64,000 nt of DNA, taken from contig JAUYOL010000001.1 of assembly GCA_030695905.1 (NCBI GenBank), positions 2,023 to 66,022 of the forward strand, read 5' to 3'. Below the pieces are notes generated by a model. The model was not told the origin of the DNA. It did no database searches and saw only the letters and a program-made list of their open reading frames with translations. The translations under genes and the position numbers were made by a program. Positions 19,449 through 29,755 of this stretch are shown in pieces (within the stretch, counting starts at the first letter, position 1; each line of letters begins with the position of its first letter). The stretch is from Candidatus Omnitrophota bacterium. Its GTDB lineage: Bacteria > Omnitrophota > Gorgyraeia > 2-01-FULL-45-10.

Positions 19449-20075
19449 CTAAATTTTTCTTACCACGTATTCCAAAATACAGTCGGCCTGTTTGGCAGCA
19501 GCTACATTCACTCGCGGTGATAAGGCGGGCTTATGGCAGATATCGGACTTAAGATCCCCTATCATGACGAGATTATCTTTTATCCTATGGACCCTTATAT
19601 CGTCGCTTGAGCCGACACCGCCAAGACCTGAAACCGCTACGATAAACTTTTTCATCTGAAGTAGCTTTTCCAGAAGCATCCTCTTGTATTCGGCCGTATC
19701 AAGGCACTCCGCCACGATATCACATCCGCCGAATATCTCATCTATATTATTCTCGTCTATCTTTTTATTCACTGCTTTAAGTTTAAGGGCCGGATTTATC
19801 CTTAATAGGTTTTCTTTAAGCGCCTCTACTTTAATCCTGCCCACCTGATCCAGAAAATAGAACTGCCTGTCGAGATTCGTGGCATCCACCGTGTCGAAAT
19901 CCGCTATAGTGAGATTCGCAACGCCCGCCCTTACTAAATTCATGGCGCAATTCGACCCTAAGCCTCCCGCGCCCGCGATCCCAATTTTAGCGGCCTGGAC
20001 TTTTTTGAAACTCTCTTTGCCCAGCTTCTTAGCTATATCAGCGTGAAATATATCTATCGTCATATATGCATCCAA
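19449..20075 (-). CDS. thiF: ThiS adenylyltransferase ThiF (short type)
   Basis: [34 protein letters not shown]; thi operon. Confidence 0.9.
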   Translation of the reverse strand: MDAYMTIDIFHADIAKKLGKESFKKVQAAKIGIAGAGGLGSNCAMNLVRAGVANLTIADFDTVDATNLDRQFYFLDQVGRIKVEALKENLLRINPALKLKAVNKKIDENNIDEIFGGCDIVAECLDTAEYKRMLLEKLLQMKKFIVAVSGLGGVGSSDDIRVHRIKDNLVMIGDLKSDICHKPALSPRVNVAAAKQADCILEYVVRKI

Positions 20076-21118
20076 TCTTTGAATACTGCCTGATACCCAT
20101 TCTTGTCGAGCATCGCCTTTATCTCTTCTACGCCTCTTGAGTCTGATATCTCAAATTGGGCTGTGCAGTCATCGGCTTCATATTTTATCGTATGGCCTCC
20201 GACGCGTGTAGTGGAGCCAGCGGACATCCTCGTAATGCCCAAGGGTATCAGGTTCTCGCGCAATTCCGGCCTTTCGCGCGTAGACAGCGCTATCCCCAGT
20301 CTCGGAAGAAAAATTCTTAGGGCCAGTATTATCTGGACTAAATTTTTATCACTTACTTCATGATCCGCTCTAAAACCGCTTACCTGAGGCCTTATTCTGG
20401 GAAGCGACACTCCTATCTCAACATCCGGAAATTTGTCCCGCAGATACTTCGCGTGAAGGCCAAGAATAAATATCTCTTTTCTCCAATCGGCAAGCCCCAG
20501 AAGAACACCTATATTTATATTTCTCATGCCGGCCTTTGCTCCGCGCTCCGGCGCGTCGAGACGAAAACGATAGTCACTCTTTGGCCCTTTTGGATGCATA
20601 TTATCATATATATTTTCGTCGTATACCTCCTGATATATAGTAAGCCCGTCGGCACCTTCGCAAATAAGCTGCGAATATTCTTCCTCGGTAAGAGAGTAGA
20701 CTTCTATCGATATGGATGAAAAATATTTTTTTAGCAGCCTGACGCAATCTCTGATATAACTTACCGGGCTCATCGATCTGGATTCGCCTGTAAGTATGAG
20801 AATATGCCTTAAACCCGTCGAAGAAATGGCGCGGGCCTCATCTTCTACCTCTTTGAGAGTAAGCGTTCTTCTCTCTATCTTGTTATTAACATTGAAGCCG
20901 CAATACAGGCAAAGATTATCGCAGTAATTTGAAAGATACATCGGCGTATATAGCCCGATGGTCTTGCCAAAATATCTTAATGTAAGGCCACGGGCATTTT
21001 GAGCCATCTCTTCCAAAGAGCCTTCTGCCGCAGGAGACAGCAGGGCAGTAAATTTTTGAATCTCGGATTCATAACTGCCGGAATTTTTATATCTTGAAAA
21101 TACTTCATAAAAACTCAT
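20060..21118 (-). CDS. thiH: 2-iminoacetate synthase
   Basis: [42 protein letters not shown]. Confidence 0.92.
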   Translation of the reverse strand: MSFYEVFSRYKNSGSYESEIQKFTALLSPAAEGSLEEMAQNARGLTLRYFGKTIGLYTPMYLSNYCDNLCLYCGFNVNNKIERRTLTLKEVEDEARAISSTGLRHILILTGESRSMSPVSYIRDCVRLLKKYFSSISIEVYSLTEEEYSQLICEGADGLTIYQEVYDENIYDNMHPKGPKSDYRFRLDAPERGAKAGMRNINIGVLLGLADWRKEIFILGLHAKYLRDKFPDVEIGVSLPRIRPQVSGFRADHEVSDKNLVQIILALRIFLPRLGIALSTRERPELRENLIPLGITRMSAGSTTRVGGHTIKYEADDCTAQFEISDSRGVEEIKAMLDKNGYQAVFKDWMHI

Positions 21119-21129
21119 ATCTTTTCCTG

Positions 21130-21903
21130 CTAACTCTCTCTTAAAAATCCGGTTAATGGGCTGGATGCGCTTGCATTAATAGATTGGGACGGGATACCAC
21201 CCAGATATCCGAGCCTTCCGGCCTTGACAGCTATGCTGAATGCTTTTGCCATAACGGCAGGATCTTGGGCTATAGCTATCGCCGTATTTACTAATACAGC
21301 CGCACAGCCTAATTCCATACAGTCGCATGCGTCGGAGGGCCTGCCAAGCCCCGCGTCTACAATAACCGGGATCTTTATCTCTCGCACTATGATCTCGATC
21401 AGCTCTCGTGTCTTAACACCTCTATTGCTTCCTATCGGAGAGCCCAGCGGCATTATGGCCGCCGCTCCTGCATCGACCATCCTTCTTGCTGCTGATAGAT
21501 CAGGGCTCATATATGGGAATACCTTAAATCCGTCTTTGGCCAGTATCTCGGTTGCCTTTAATGTCTCCATGTTATCCGGCAATAAATATTTATTGTCCTG
21601 GATAACTTCTATCTTGACCCAATCGCACGCGCCAGTTGCCCTGGCCAACCGCGCTATTCTTACGGCCTCATCGGCATTTCTCGCTCCGGACGTATTAGGC
21701 ATAACTATACAATTTTTTGGCACATAGTCCAGTATGTTTTCCGTCTTAGAGGCGCTATCAACCCTTCTTAAAGCAACGGTGGCCACTTCTATCTCTGATT
21801 CCTCCAGCGCCCGTTTCATTACAGAATAATTAGAAAATTTGCCTGTGCCGATAAAGAGCCTGTTTGATATCGATTTACCACCTATATTCAATATATCCTG
21901 CAC
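21130..21903 (-). CDS. thiG: Thiazole synthase
   Basis: [30 protein letters not shown]; probable GTG start 21903. Confidence 0.95.
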   Translation of the reverse strand: MQDILNIGGKSISNRLFIGTGKFSNYSVMKRALEESEIEVATVALRRVDSASKTENILDYVPKNCIVMPNTSGARNADEAVRIARLARATGACDWVKIEVIQDNKYLLPDNMETLKATEILAKDGFKVFPYMSPDLSAARRMVDAGAAAIMPLGSPIGSNRGVKTRELIEIIVREIKIPVIVDAGLGRPSDACDCMELGCAAVLVNTAIAIAQDPAVMAKAFSIAVKAGRLGYLGGIPSQSINASASSPLTGFLRES

Positions 21904-21904
21904 T

Positions 21905-22105
21905 TTATCCTCCTCCAACAAAGCTGACTATCTCGACATTGTCGTTTTCTTTCAACGCGATGCCCCGCCACTCGTCTTTTGAAATTATCTTAAGGTTGTA
22001 TTCTACCACTATATGTTCCGGCACGAGCCCTTTTGCCGATATGAGTTCCATCAAATTCACCGGTTTATCTATCGATTCACTTTTGCCGTTTATCTTTAGT
22101 ACCAT
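21905..22105 (-). CDS. thiS: Sulfur carrier protein ThiS
   Basis: 66 aa ending EIVSFVGGG. Confidence 0.95.
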   Translation of the reverse strand: MVLKINGKSESIDKPVNLMELISAKGLVPEHIVVEYNLKIISKDEWRGIALKENDNVEIVSFVGGG

Positions 22106-22739
22106 TTTTGATTGCCCTCTTAAATTCTTTGGTTTTTTTAACTACATCATCTGCCTGGGTAATGCCTCTTATTAAAGCTATATTCTTCGCCCCCTTATTA
22201 AGGCAGCCGCCTATATTCGCGAGATCTATCCCGCCGATAAAGAATACCGGTTTTTTCGCTATATTTAATACTTTATCTACTCCATCGATACCTATGCAAT
22301 AATCCTTTGTTTCCGTTTCAAATAGAGGGCCAAACGCCACATAATCAAAATCTTTTTCGTTAGCTTCCCTGAACTGTTCTTCCGAATGAGTCGATATGCC
22401 TATTATTTTTTTGCGCCCCAGAAGACGGCGGGCCATTTCAAGAGAAAATAACTTAATGTCCTCCTGGCCCAGGTGGACCCCGTCGGCGCCTACCTCTTTC
22501 GCGAGCATAGGATCATCGTTGACTATGAATGTCACGTTGTTGTTTCTACAAAGACCCGACAACTTCTTGCCAAGCTCAACAAGTTCTTTGGCGGTCTTAT
22601 TCTTCTCTCTCATCTGGATAATATCAACTCCGCCTTTAATGGCGTGCTTTGCGATCTCAATGGCATTGCGGCCGCATCCATATTCTTCGCTTATCACCAG
22701 GTATAGACTATAATCTTTTATTTTTTTCATACTCCTCAA
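22077..22739 (-). CDS. thiE: Thiamine-phosphate synthase (start probably ATG 22730)
   Basis: QMREK, IVNDD, DGVHLGQED, GISTH, IGGI. Confidence 0.93.
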   Translation of the reverse strand: MRSMKKIKDYSLYLVISEEYGCGRNAIEIAKHAIKGGVDIIQMREKNKTAKELVELGKKLSGLCRNNNVTFIVNDDPMLAKEVGADGVHLGQEDIKLFSLEMARRLLGRKKIIGISTHSEEQFREANEKDFDYVAFGPLFETETKDYCIGIDGVDKVLNIAKKPVFFIGGIDLANIGGCLNKGAKNIALIRGITQADDVVKKTKEFKRAIKNGTKDKRQK

Positions 22740-22741
22740 TA

Positions 22742-22771
22742 AAATGACCCTTGTGCCGAAGCATAAGGGTC
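22742..22771 (-). terminator. Expression-platform terminator of TPP riboswitch
   Basis: GACCCTTATGC-TTCG-GCACAAGGGTC hairpin followed by T-rich run on - strand. Confidence 0.7.
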
Positions 22772-22778
22772 CTTAAAA

Positions 22779-22878
22779 TCTATTCCCCACGCTGGCATTA
22801 TCCAGATCGGGTCCATTGGGTAATCCGCTTAAATCTTGCGGAACTCTCAGACCGAAATCATCGGCCTCCCCTCTTGTT
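22779..22878 (-). ncRNA. TPP riboswitch
   Basis: GGGGAG...CTGAGA...ACCC...GACCCGATCTGGATAATGCCAGCGTGGGGAA upstream of thiE. Confidence 0.93.
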
Positions 22879-22925
22879 CTGTATATTAAACCACCTGCCA
22901 AAATGTTTGTCAAACGAATACTTTA

Positions 22926-23945
22926 TTATATTCTCAAGCTCTCGACTGTTTCTTTGTCTGCGGGTTTGGCAAAAATAGTATCTTTGGGCAAAGAGCCGGC
23001 CTCCCAATAATTAACGGCTACTGATTTTTCGCCGCGAAATTTGGTATGATATGCGGCCACGCTTGCCGCCAGATTAACAAGCTTATCGTCTGCCTTGCCT
23101 CTTAATATAGATAGCGGGCCCTGGTGGTCTTTCATTATAAAAATAATATCGCCGGATTTAGCAAGCGATTCTAAGATCTCGTTTTCCGCGGCGTCCCTGC
23201 CCACGACGAGCCTTACACTATCAGAAAGCCTGAAATGCCTGCCTACGGAAAGAATAGCAAGATTTTCTTTGATAAACTCGCCGTGCTTCATAGCTTCCTT
23301 AACCCTTTGCGCAAAGCAGGGGTCTGTAAGTAAGCATCCTCCGGCGGGGCTCGGATATTTTGTAATGCCAAATTTTTCCGCTAACGCCATCTGCGGCTTG
23401 CGGGACCTTCCTCTTATATCCAGAAGCTTTTCTCTGTCAACTATGCCTTCGAGCTCAGGCTTTGTGAGAGGCAGATTTTTTGCCGTAAGCGGCCTCAAAA
23501 GAATACCTCTGACTCCGGCGGTCTTCTCGATAAGATTAAGAGCGTCCTTCCTCTGCGACATCGGCCGCTCGCCCAGGACCTCCCCTGTCACCAAAAATGA
23601 CGCGCCAAGCTTTTCCATGAGAGACTTGGCGTGTTTAAGCATATAAATTTTACAGTCTATGCAGGGATTTATGTTAGAGCCGTGGCCATACCGCGGATTC
23701 TTTACGATCTCGACAAAATCATCGGTTATATCTATGGTCTTTAGCTCGACTCCGAGCATCTTTGCCGCGGCCTGAGCGGGGCTTTCGCCCGTTTTTTTCG
23801 TGCCGCACATGCAGAGTTTCGCCGAAAAATTGACCGCAATGACATCGATACCCTGTTCAAGCATCAATTTCACCGCAAGGATGCTGTCTAACCCGCCGGA
23901 AAGCAAGACTATCGCCTTCTTATTCATCGACACATTATATATCAT
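22926..23945 (-). CDS. tRNA sulfurtransferase-like PP-loop protein (ThiI/MnmA-like, DUF814 tail)
   Basis: SGGLDS, NPCIDCK, TGEVLGERPMSQ, AGGCLLTD. Confidence 0.8.
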   Translation of the reverse strand: MIYNVSMNKKAIVLLSGGLDSILAVKLMLEQGIDVIAVNFSAKLCMCGTKKTGESPAQAAAKMLGVELKTIDITDDFVEIVKNPRYGHGSNINPCIDCKIYMLKHAKSLMEKLGASFLVTGEVLGERPMSQRKDALNLIEKTAGVRGILLRPLTAKNLPLTKPELEGIVDREKLLDIRGRSRKPQMALAEKFGITKYPSPAGGCLLTDPCFAQRVKEAMKHGEFIKENLAILSVGRHFRLSDSVRLVVGRDAAENEILESLAKSGDIIFIMKDHQGPLSILRGKADDKLVNLAASVAAYHTKFRGEKSVAVNYWEAGSLPKDTIFAKPADKETVESLRI

Positions 23946-26031
23946 GGTTAGGATAACGGGAAGGATTTTTCAATGCGGTAAAATAACGCCAGGCCCTGCA
24001 TCGCCTGTCCCACCATTGCATAGTTTCGGTAATATATAATACGAAACCCTTTTTTATATAAGAATCATTTACAAATATTTGATTGCCATCGCCGCCTTTT
24101 ACTTTTCCATACAGGAAGACCGTTCCTTTTTTTATTATAACAACTCCTTTATATTGCGCGTCGTTCCAATATAACAAGTTGAGGTTTTTCTTAATCCTGG
24201 AAGGGGAGAAATCGACGTCTTTTTCTTCAGCAAACCAACGCCCATAGGTAAATACAGCTTTACCGGCGCCTTCATAAATCGTCCAGCTATCAGATACTCT
24301 ATATAGAACAAAATCTTCTTTGGCTATCAATAACCCTTGTTCCTTCTCAGCAAAATCTTTTTTATATTTATTAAGCTCTTCGAGTTCTTTGCCAATGATC
24401 TCGCCTCTGTATAGCTCGGCAACTGTATGTATTTCCTTGCGGGGAGGCGGAGAACGCGCTGAAGAGCATGAACTGTCATCAATCCTGTCTTCGTCGTAGC
24501 CCTCACGCCACAAACTTTCAAATTCATCATAATATTCTCCGACTTTAAATGGGATTAAAATTAGGTTTTCCATGTTCTTATTTTCGGCGGCTTTAGTCCA
24601 ATTGTAACTACCTGTAACTGTATTATTCCCTATAATTGCAAATTTATTATGCATCATGCCGCCTTTTATCCTGTAATATTTTATTACCATATAGCCACGA
24701 TTTTTTTTAGCCATTCTGCCGGGATCTATATTGCGCATGTCGTCTTCAAATCTATGCAGATGCCTTACCGCTGAAGCAGGGTGGTTTTGTTGGATCTTAT
24801 CGAGAACTATCTCTATATTCACTCCGGACTCTTTAGCGTCAAAGAGTTCTTTTGCGATTTTTTTATTGGTAAAATAATGCAGGGCGATCTTTATTGTATA
24901 TGGTATTTCCGGCCTGCATTCTTTGTTTGCCCTAGCTTCACTTATCAGCCGTATCAATTCATCTTCGCATCTCCCTCTTGGGGAGAATAAAGACATGATC
25001 CCGCGGCATAGCGAAGGCCCGCGGATTTTCGGCGGCGAACGATCCTTACACCCCCACAAACAGCAGAATTCCTCCTTAAAAGACTCTATAAAAGGAAGGA
25101 TTATTAGGTTCTCTCTGTTTAATTTTTCCGCCTGACCTGTCCAATTATAACTACCTGTATATATCTTTTTATCGTCTATTATCATAAACTTGTTATGCAT
25201 CAGGCTACCTTTTTTATAATAATATTTTATTTTTACATCGTAAGATTCGAGTTCTCCTGCCAGCTTATTTGAGTCGCGCTTGCCGTTCAGAAATAATCTC
25301 ACCTTAACACCCCTTGATGCCGCTTTCTTTATCGCTTCGGCAATTTTTATACTGCTAAAATCGCAGATAGCGGCATCTATCGTACAACGGGACGCGTTGA
25401 TCGCATCTAATAGCTCGTCTTCGCATCCGCCCTCCGGAGAAAAGAGCACTTTGATGTCATTTGCCAGCTGGGCATATAGCTCACTGCTGATAGATTCGAT
25501 ATGCAGATAGCTGTGCGGCCCCACAGGTAACGTTATATACTTACTCGCATAACTATCTTTTTCATCCAGAAAATAATGTAAAATCGAAGCGCGGTATTCG
25601 GATGTTTTTTGATAGGTAACATACAGCCCCTTGCTCTTGGGGATCTTTTCCACGTGCAGCTGCCATGCATAATATTTTTTTAGTTCCTCTCTTATTGCCG
25701 ATATATCATAATTATTCTGCAGAGCTTTAGCGATGAGGAGATTGATGTAGAGATATGAAAATTCTTTTCTATTTTGTTCTTCTGCGGCTTTGCCGTTATC
25801 CGACACTGCGATACCTTTGTCCGAATAAACGGTAGACACTATCGGATGACTATTCAATGGCGGGCTTATAGATCTTAATGGAGAATCAAGGCAGGCATCT
25901 GTTGATATTGAAAACAACAAAAAAGACCATATAGTTATCAGGCTGATAATGCTATATGGCCCAAAGATTTTTTTTACAACGCGTGGCCCTTCTCTCATAG
26001 GTGTTACCCTTTCGAGACATAGGCGCAACAA
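23935..26031 (-). CDS. Secreted/membrane-anchored protein with two PLD-like (Nuc-type) domains and an extra C-terminal domain; start probably ATG 25998
   Basis: Hydrophobic N-terminus; MHNKFMIIDD..TGSYNWT and MHNKFAIIG..TGSYNWT, each preceded by LFSPxGxCED. Confidence 0.8.
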   Translation of the reverse strand: MLRLCLERVTPMREGPRVVKKIFGPYSIISLITIWSFLLFSISTDACLDSPLRSISPPLNSHPIVSTVYSDKGIAVSDNGKAAEEQNRKEFSYLYINLLIAKALQNNYDISAIREELKKYYAWQLHVEKIPKSKGLYVTYQKTSEYRASILHYFLDEKDSYASKYITLPVGPHSYLHIESISSELYAQLANDIKVLFSPEGGCEDELLDAINASRCTIDAAICDFSSIKIAEAIKKAASRGVKVRLFLNGKRDSNKLAGELESYDVKIKYYYKKGSLMHNKFMIIDDKKIYTGSYNWTGQAEKLNRENLIILPFIESFKEEFCCLWGCKDRSPPKIRGPSLCRGIMSLFSPRGRCEDELIRLISEARANKECRPEIPYTIKIALHYFTNKKIAKELFDAKESGVNIEIVLDKIQQNHPASAVRHLHRFEDDMRNIDPGRMAKKNRGYMVIKYYRIKGGMMHNKFAIIGNNTVTGSYNWTKAAENKNMENLILIPFKVGEYYDEFESLWREGYDEDRIDDSSCSSARSPPPRKEIHTVAELYRGEIIGKELEELNKYKKDFAEKEQGLLIAKEDFVLYRVSDSWTIYEGAGKAVFTYGRWFAEEKDVDFSPSRIKKNLNLLYWNDAQYKGVVIIKKGTVFLYGKVKGGDGNQIFVNDSYIKKGFVLYITETMQWWDRRCRAWRYFTALKNPSRYPNHDI

Positions 26032-26144
26032 TTGTTCAATTTTTTACAGCATGCTTCTCCTTACTTAGCGTCTAAAAAAAGTATAGCCCCGAATTGCCGA
26101 ATGGCAATAAGGAATCGCCAGCTTTTGTATTACTTAATTTTATA

Positions 26145-27461
26145 TTATTCTGGTCTCTGTTTTAATTTGGCGAGCCACTCTTTGATCTTCTTTTCGTGCC
26201 CGATATCGGTGGGGATATAATAGACTTTATCTGAAGGCTTATATTCCTGTTTCACGTAATGATCCTCAAAATCATGGGCATACTTGTAGTCCTTGCCGTG
26301 CCCGAAGGCTTCTGAATCCATCGTCGCGTCTTTTAGGTGGTCCGGCACCTCCAAAACTTTTCCCTGCTCAACATCTTTGAGGGCGCTCTCTATTCCCAAA
26401 TATGCCGCATTGGACTTCGGCGCGCATGCCACATAAACGGCCGCCTGCGCCAATGGTATACGCGCCTCCGGCATTCCGACAAATTCAACCGATTGAAGCG
26501 CCGCGGCCGCAATCACAAGAGCCTGCGGATCGGCGTTGCCTACGTCTTCAGAAGCGCAGATTATAATGCGCCGGGCTATAAAACGTGGATCTTCGCCCGC
26601 ATATATCATCTTCGCGAGCCAGTATAGCACGGCATCCGGATCCGAGCCGCGCATAGATTTTATAAATGCCGATATCGTATCGTAATGCCCATCCTCGTCC
26701 TTGTCATAAACAACCGCTTTTTTCTGGATAGACTCTTCGGCTATCTTGAGCGTAAACCGGATTTTTTTATCCTTGTCCGGCGCGGTGGTCAATGCCCCGA
26801 TCTCAAGCGCCGAGAGGGCGCGCCTGGCATCGCCTTCGGAGATCTTCGCAAGGAATGCCGTTGCCTGGTCATCCATAACTATCGGCATCGCACCAAGTCC
26901 GATAGTCTTATCGGACACTGTCTTCTTTATAAGTTTAAGGATATCGCTTTCAGAAAGTTTTTTGAATTCAAATACCTGTGAGCGAGAAAGTAGCGCCGCA
27001 TTGACATAGAAAAATGGATTATGAGTTGTGGTGCCTATCATAACCGGATTGCCCGCTTCGACATCCGGCATCAAGACATCCTGCTGGGCCTTATTAAAAC
27101 GATGTATCTCGTCGACAAGAAGAATGGTGCGCCTGCCACCTATAGATTCGCGCTTCTTTGCAGCGTCTATGATCTTACGCATATCCGCAACGTTGTTCGA
27201 CGCGGCATTGATCCTTTCAAAATGCGATTTCGTCTTTTCGCTTATTATGAGAGCTAGTGTGGTCTTGCCGCATCCTGGAGGGCCGTAAAGTATCAGCGAG
27301 GAGATCTTGTCTGATTCAATGAGCCGGCGCAGTAGCCTTCCTTCACCGAGAATATGCTCTTGCCCGGTAAAGTCATCGAGTGACTTCGGCCTCATCCTCA
27401 TCGCCAAAGGCTCGTTGTCTTTTTTCGTCTTCCGCGTTTCGTCGTTCGTAAATAAGTCCAT
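26145..27461 (-). CDS. rarA: Replication-associated recombination protein A (MgsA)
   Basis: PLAMRMRP, GPPGCGKTT, DEIHRFNKAQQD, SAFIKSMRGSDPD. Confidence 0.95.
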   Translation of the reverse strand: MDLFTNDETRKTKKDNEPLAMRMRPKSLDDFTGQEHILGEGRLLRRLIESDKISSLILYGPPGCGKTTLALIISEKTKSHFERINAASNNVADMRKIIDAAKKRESIGGRRTILLVDEIHRFNKAQQDVLMPDVEAGNPVMIGTTTHNPFFYVNAALLSRSQVFEFKKLSESDILKLIKKTVSDKTIGLGAMPIVMDDQATAFLAKISEGDARRALSALEIGALTTAPDKDKKIRFTLKIAEESIQKKAVVYDKDEDGHYDTISAFIKSMRGSDPDAVLYWLAKMIYAGEDPRFIARRIIICASEDVGNADPQALVIAAAALQSVEFVGMPEARIPLAQAAVYVACAPKSNAAYLGIESALKDVEQGKVLEVPDHLKDATMDSEAFGHGKDYKYAHDFEDHYVKQEYKPSDKVYYIPTDIGHEKKIKEWLAKLKQRPE

Positions 27462-27490
27462 AAATATATAAGATATCCCGCCTAATTAAA

Positions 27491-27652
27491 AATCCCCGCG
27501 ATTGCCGTGTGAAATCGAATTATCTTGATCCTGTTATTTACAGGTGGGTGCCCTCCAGATAAGCGCTAAAAGCTCCTACCCGAGTTAGGCTCCCAATATT
27601 AATGCTATTGGCTCAAGATTCTTCGCTCAAAGCACGCGCACCGCAGGGAATT
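27491..27652 (-). ncRNA. ssrS: 6S RNA
   Basis: TTCCCTGCGGTGCGCGTG...CTTGAGCC...GGGAGC...GGGCACCCACCTG...GATCAAG...CACACGGCAATCGCGGGGAT with complementary ends; own TTGATT-17-TATACT promoter just upstream; downstream of pheT. Confidence 0.8.
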
Positions 27653-27714
27653 TTTTACTTCCAAGACAAGTATAGCACATAAAATAGTGTAAATCAAATT
27701 GCGGTAAGCCTTGG

Positions 27715-29754
27715 CTATCTTAAGCTGGCGCCAAGATTGTCCTGAAGTGCGCGCACCGCGCGAGAATGGGCGTCCTGGACCTCTTTTTCCTCGAGCGTTC
27801 TATTAATATCCTGGTACTCCAGCCTGTAGGTAAGAGAAACTTTTCCTTCGGGGATCTGCCCGCCGCGGTACCTGTCTATGAGCTGAACCTTCTTCAATAA
27901 TTCGCCCGCGCTTTCTTTTATAAGAGAAGATATGCTGGCGTTCGACACGCTGCCGTCAACGACTATTGACACATCCCTTGTCGATGATGGGTATCGCGCG
28001 ATGTTTTTGAAGCGCTTCTCCATCGACGCGAGTGTTAAAAGTTCCTCGCAATTGATTTCAAACATATAAACTTTATCTTTTATATCAAAATTCTTTGCGA
28101 CCACGGGATCGATTTCGCCTATAATGCCTACAGGTTTTCCTGCGGCCTCTATAAGGGCACATGCGGCAGAAGAGAAAGTCTTGTCTTGCGCCTCTTTTAC
28201 GGAAAATTTTTCAATACCCAGGCTCATAAAAAGTGCTTCCAATACCCCTTTCAGATCAAACAGGTTCACCGGGCGTGATTTGCCGACCCATCCATCATAT
28301 ATTTCACCGGTAAGGCCCGCTGTGAGATTTCTTCTCTCCTCAAAAGAGTTTGCGCCTCTCGCAAAATAGACCCTGCCGAGCTCAAAAAGTTTAAGATCGT
28401 TATTTTTTCTATTTATATTATACCGAATGGTCTCGAGCATCCCGGGCATCGCTGATGGACGCAAAATTTGCTGCTGGGCTGATAAAGGATTTTTTACGGC
28501 CGCGGCGTCTTTATCGTCTATCCTCGCGAAAGCAAGTTCTTTTCTGCTAAGAAGACTATATGTAATAATCTCGAAAAGATGCAAGCTCTTTAAAACTTCG
28601 CGGATCTTATTATCTACATTGATGCCAAGAGGCAACCCCGGGCCTTTTTCCGTCACAAACGGCAGCGTCTCCGGAATATTATTGTACCCATATATCCTCG
28701 CCACTTCCTCTATCAGGTCTATTTCATTTTGCAGGTCCTGCCTGAAGTTCGGCGTTTCAAATTTTAATACGCCTTTCGACTGGGATTTGCTTTTTAAACC
28801 AAGGGATGCGAGAATCTTGTTTATCTTCGAGGACACTATATCTGTGCCCAGCACATTGTTAACTTTATCTACGCTGAGGCTTACTACTTTTTTTACCGGC
28901 TTTGCCTTCCCTATATCTATATAGTCCTGTGCTTGCCCGCCCGCGGCTTCCAATATAAGCGCTGTCGCCCTGTCCGACGCATATTTGATATTATCGATAT
29001 CTACTTTTCTTTCGAACCGATAGCTTGATTCGGTTGAAAGAGCTAATCTTCTCGCCGTTCTTCTGACGGAAACAGGGTCAAAATATGCCGCTTCTAATAG
29101 GATATCTTTTGTGCCGCTGCCGACTTCTGTCCTTACGCCTCCCATTACTCCCGCTATCGCGACAGGGCCGGAAGCATCCGCTATCACCAGCATAGATTCA
29201 TCAAGAGCTCTTTCAGAGCCGTCTATGATAACTATCTTTTCGCCTTTTTTAGCGTTACGGACTGTGAGGCTATTTCCGGAGAGATTACCCAGATCAAAAG
29301 CATGCATAGGCTCTCCCGTTTCGAATAAACAGAAGTTTGTAATATCTACTATATTATTTACACTTCTTAGCCCTATCGACTCGATCTTGTCTTTTAGCCA
29401 TTTGGGGGACTCACCCACTTTAACATTTCTTATTATGCGGGCGGTATACCGCGGACACAACTTCTTGTCTTCTACCTTAATAGGGAATCGGGATCCGGGG
29501 GCTGCGGGCCGTATAGTTTTTACAAAAGGGGGTTTTAACTTCTTTCCGGTGATCGCCGCGACTTCACGCGCCACGCCTATATATGAAAGCCAGTCCGGCC
29601 GATTCGAGGTTATCTCTATCTCAAGGACAGAATCCTGGCTTTTTCGTTCTATAGAACCTACGGATAAACCGGCCATGGTAAGAATTGCCGCGAGCTTTTC
29701 GGCGGGCATGCTTATATCAACGTAATCTTTTAACCAGCTATATGATACTTTCAT
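27715..29754 (-). CDS. pheT: Phenylalanine--tRNA ligase beta subunit (short form without tRNA-binding OB domain)
   Basis: MKVSYSWL, ITSNRPD, NNIVDITNF, DLIEEVARIYGY, C-terminal FDX-ACB. Confidence 0.95.
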   Translation of the reverse strand: MKVSYSWLKDYVDISMPAEKLAAILTMAGLSVGSIERKSQDSVLEIEITSNRPDWLSYIGVAREVAAITGKKLKPPFVKTIRPAAPGSRFPIKVEDKKLCPRYTARIIRNVKVGESPKWLKDKIESIGLRSVNNIVDITNFCLFETGEPMHAFDLGNLSGNSLTVRNAKKGEKIVIIDGSERALDESMLVIADASGPVAIAGVMGGVRTEVGSGTKDILLEAAYFDPVSVRRTARRLALSTESSYRFERKVDIDNIKYASDRATALILEAAGGQAQDYIDIGKAKPVKKVVSLSVDKVNNVLGTDIVSSKINKILASLGLKSKSQSKGVLKFETPNFRQDLQNEIDLIEEVARIYGYNNIPETLPFVTEKGPGLPLGINVDNKIREVLKSLHLFEIITYSLLSRKELAFARIDDKDAAAVKNPLSAQQQILRPSAMPGMLETIRYNINRKNNDLKLFELGRVYFARGANSFEERRNLTAGLTGEIYDGWVGKSRPVNLFDLKGVLEALFMSLGIEKFSVKEAQDKTFSSAACALIEAAGKPVGIIGEIDPVVAKNFDIKDKVYMFEINCEELLTLASMEKRFKNIARYPSSTRDVSIVVDGSVSNASISSLIKESAGELLKKVQLIDRYRGGQIPEGKVSLTYRLEYQDINRTLEEKEVQDAHSRAVRALQDNLGASLR

Positions 29755-29755
29755 A

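Noticed and set aside
20060-21118. Second radical SAM as a novel enzyme
   Set aside because: Canonical ThiH in a TPP-regulated thi operon
29482-29508. Degenerate GGG-rich heptamer-like stretch in the pheT linker
   Set aside because: Too degenerate to distinguish from chance
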